A stretch of DNA of 64,000 bases from positions 52,686-116,685 of the forward strand of contig DATANV010000015.1 in NCBI GenBank assembly GCA_036266075.1. Direction: 5' to 3'. The translations under genes were made by a program, and so were the position numbers. This document shows positions 60,709 through 64,000 of the stretch, piece after piece. The DNA is from Solirubrobacterales bacterium (lineage in GTDB: Bacteria; Actinomycetota; Thermoleophilia; Solirubrobacterales; 70-9). Every line of letters begins with the position of its first letter. The stretch's first letter is position 1. Under the pieces are notes generated by a model. The model saw nothing but the letters and a program-made list of their open reading frames with translations. It was not told the DNA's origin and made no database searches.

Positions 60709-61872
60709 ATGCTCGGCGGCAAGGCGATCACCCTCTTCCACGTCGGCCGGATCCGGATCGAGGTCGACTGGTCGTGGTTCTTCGTGCTCTTCCTCTTCAT
60801 CGTCTGGCAATCTCAGTACTACGGCGACGTGCTGGGGGAAGCCGGCTCCTCCTCGACGCCCTTCCTGCTGGCGGTCCTTGCCGCGTTCGGTTTCTTCGGC
60901 TCGATCGTGCTGCACGAGTTGGGACACGCCTGGGTGGCGCTGCGCAATGGGATCGGCATCTCCAGCATCCGCCTCTGGATCTTCGGCGGGATGGCGCGGA
61001 TGGATCGTGAGTCAGATACGCCCAGGGCCGAGTTCGACGTGGCCGTCGCCGGGCCGTTGGTCACCCTGGCGATCGTCGTCGCTCTGCTCGCGGCCGAGTT
61101 TGTCGCCGCCGGCGCACAGGGCCTCGCGGACTCGATCCCGCTGGGCAAGGTGCCGGACACCAGCGGTGTCCTGGCGATGCTCGGCTGGCTGGCCTTTTTC
61201 AACTTCCTGATCCTGATCTTCAACCTGCTGCCCGCTTTCCCGATGGATGGCGGGCGCATCGTGCGGGCGATCGCCTGGTGGCGGACCGGAGACCGCGGTT
61301 CTGCGACCCGCTTCGCCGCCGGCCTTGGCCGCGTCTTCGGCTACCTCTTCGTCGCCGGCGGTCTCCTGCTGATTGCGCTGGGCGAAATCTTCGGCGGCAT
61401 CTGGCTGGCGCTGATCGGCACCGTGATTAACGGCTCGGCCCGCGCTGCCTCCGCGCAGACGGCGATCACCGGCCGCCTCGAGGGCATGCGCGTCGCCGAC
61501 ATCATGGACCGCGAACCCGTCGCGATCTCCAGCGACCTGAGCGTCGAGCGGGCACTCGACGAGTACTTCCTGCGCTACCGCTGGCCCTGGTTCCCGGTTG
61601 TCGACGCCGCCCATCGCTTCATCGGCCTGGTCGCTCGCGACAAAGCCGACGAGATCCCGGAGACCTCCCGTGCCACGTCCCTCGTCTCCGACGTGGTCGA
61701 GCTGGACGACGGCACCTTCCAGGTCCGCGACGACGCGCCACTCGACACCGTTCTCGCCAATCGCGCTCTGCGCCGAGTCGGCGCCGTGATGGCGGTCGAC
61801 GCCGAAGGCCGCCTCTGCGGGGTGATCACCGCCGAGCAGGTCGGCCGGGCGCTCAGGGATGCCGCCTCCTAG
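60709..61872 (+). CDS. Site-2 protease family (M50) metalloprotease with CBS pair
   Basis: The ATG at 60709. HELGHA, NLLPAFPMDGGR, and C-terminal tandem CBS-like segments. Confidence 0.85.
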   Translation: MLGGKAITLFHVGRIRIEVDWSWFFVLFLFIVWQSQYYGDVLGEAGSSSTPFLLAVLAAFGFFGSIVLHELGHAWVALRNGIGISSIRLWIFGGMARMDRESDTPRAEFDVAVAGPLVTLAIVVALLAAEFVAAGAQGLADSIPLGKVPDTSGVLAMLGWLAFFNFLILIFNLLPAFPMDGGRIVRAIAWWRTGDRGSATRFAAGLGRVFGYLFVAGGLLLIALGEIFGGIWLALIGTVINGSARAASAQTAITGRLEGMRVADIMDREPVAISSDLSVERALDEYFLRYRWPWFPVVDAAHRFIGLVARDKADEIPETSRATSLVSDVVELDDGTFQVRDDAPLDTVLANRALRRVGAVMAVDAEGRLCGVITAEQVGRALRDAAS

Positions 61873-62654
61873 TGGCGGTGCGGCGTGCTCACTCTGACAA
61901 AGCGCTTCGACGAGCGGCCCAGCCGATACGGATATCCGTTCTGCGCCGGCACGACGATCCAGAAGACGAACTTCCTCGGCCTGGCGACGGGGCTGAAGGC
62001 ATAGCCGATCCGGAAATGGCCGAAGACGTCGGTCCTGGCCCTTTTGACCAGCTGCCTGCGTGGCGCCCCCGGCATGGTGCCCCGCAGGATCACCACCCGC
62101 TTGGCCGGTTGCGGGCCCGGGATGTGACCGGAGAGGTAGATGCGGCGGTGAGGACGGGCGTGGTGAGAGCTCAGGTGGAGCGTCGCATGCGCCCTGACCC
62201 CGAGGTCGAGGAAGGTCGCTACCGCTACCGGATCGCCGCCATACAGCACTCTGATCGACCGCGACGAACCGCTCGGGAGCTTGAAGGACCAGCTGCCGTC
62301 CGCGCGCGTGGTCGTCATGCCGGAGAAGGCGTAGGGCCAGTGAGCGATCCGCGGCCGTTCTTCGATGCAGACCGGTTCGCCCGGAAGCCCGAAGCCGCGC
62401 GGGTCGACGAGCTGCCCGTGGATCAGGCTGCGGCGGCCGTAGTTCAGCGTGCGGCTGGGCGTTTCGACGCCGGCGAAGGCGGCGGTGACGCGGGCGTCCT
62501 CGTTGAGCGGCATCACCGGGCAGACGACCGGCGAAGCGACAACCGCCGGGCTGGCGGCCGAGCCGGTGCCGGCCGCCGCGGCGGCGAGGGCGACCAGGAC
62601 GGTAACGGTCAGGACTATCTGGAAGAGCTGAGCTTTTAGCGAAGTTTTATGCAA
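61869..62654 (-). CDS. Secreted hypothetical protein (carboxypeptidase-regulatory/Ig-like beta domain)
   Basis: The TTG at 62654 gives LHKTSLKAQLFQIVLTVTVLVALAAAAAG. Beta-rich body (DGSWSFKLPSGSSRSIRVLYGG). The start is uncertain. Confidence 0.55.
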   Translation of the reverse strand: MHKTSLKAQLFQIVLTVTVLVALAAAAAGTGSAASPAVVASPVVCPVMPLNEDARVTAAFAGVETPSRTLNYGRRSLIHGQLVDPRGFGLPGEPVCIEERPRIAHWPYAFSGMTTTRADGSWSFKLPSGSSRSIRVLYGGDPVAVATFLDLGVRAHATLHLSSHHARPHRRIYLSGHIPGPQPAKRVVILRGTMPGAPRRQLVKRARTDVFGHFRIGYAFSPVARPRKFVFWIVVPAQNGYPYRLGRSSKRFVRVSTPHRH

Positions 62655-62707
62655 AAGCGCCGCGAGAATAGCCGATTCTGCACAGGATTTGCAAGGTCGC
62701 CCTCCCC

Positions 62708-64000
<1,293 letters not shown>

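Overview
Very GC-rich chromosomal segment. It looks Actinomycetota-like, possibly a Thermoleophilia-type organism, but that is a taxonomic guess from composition and gene content only. About 65 genes are supportable.

Housekeeping blocks:
- dnaX-ybaB-recR, ask-asd, a canonical pstSCAB, and ftsH.
- An anchor-less (type E-like) succinate dehydrogenase: sdhA, sdhB and a CCG-domain subunit.
- A large Bacillus-type SRP RNA and tRNA-Val(CAC).
- arfB, a pterin dehydratase, transporters (CPA1, CPA2, MFS, MMPL, ABC-2, two MlaE/YrbE permeases) and c-di-GMP proteins (HD-GYP, degenerate GGDEF).

Accessory content:
- A tRNA-Val-associated islet bounded by a 32-bp direct repeat. It carries vapBC and sits next to an SRA(YDG)+PD-(D/E)xK methyl-directed nuclease candidate.
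- An AbiEii fragment.
- A lower-GC islet with an Xre/DUF2384 antitoxin-like gene that has no RES toxin partner.

Most interesting signal: a roughly 22-kb envelope/phosphate super-locus (24.1-46.8 kb).
- Two arrays of 11-nt phased GTnAC(C) direct repeats (PHO-box-like) lie upstream of (i) a PstS-like/FtsH/propeller/1479-aa surface-protein operon and (ii) the region shared by canonical pstS and a divergent operon. That divergent operon encodes two large secreted repeat proteins and ends in a receiver-less OmpR/PhoB-type winged-helix protein.
- pstSCAB runs, through five consecutive 4-nt start/stop overlaps, into five uncharacterised envelope genes: a lipoprotein, two zinc-ribbon proteins and two membrane-anchored proteins. 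No phoU is recognisable.
- At least four secreted proteins share a highly basic, beta-strand-rich C-terminal module.

Other notable items:
- A TIMP/NTR-like secreted protein whose predicted mature N-terminus is Cys-Thr-Cys.
- A metzincin carrying a PASTA-like C-terminal domain.
- An 85-bp nested palindrome sitting in-frame inside a membrane-protein gene.

Many long ORFs in the supplied track are antisense or out-of-frame shadows typical of high-GC DNA and were not called. All start codons are provisional.
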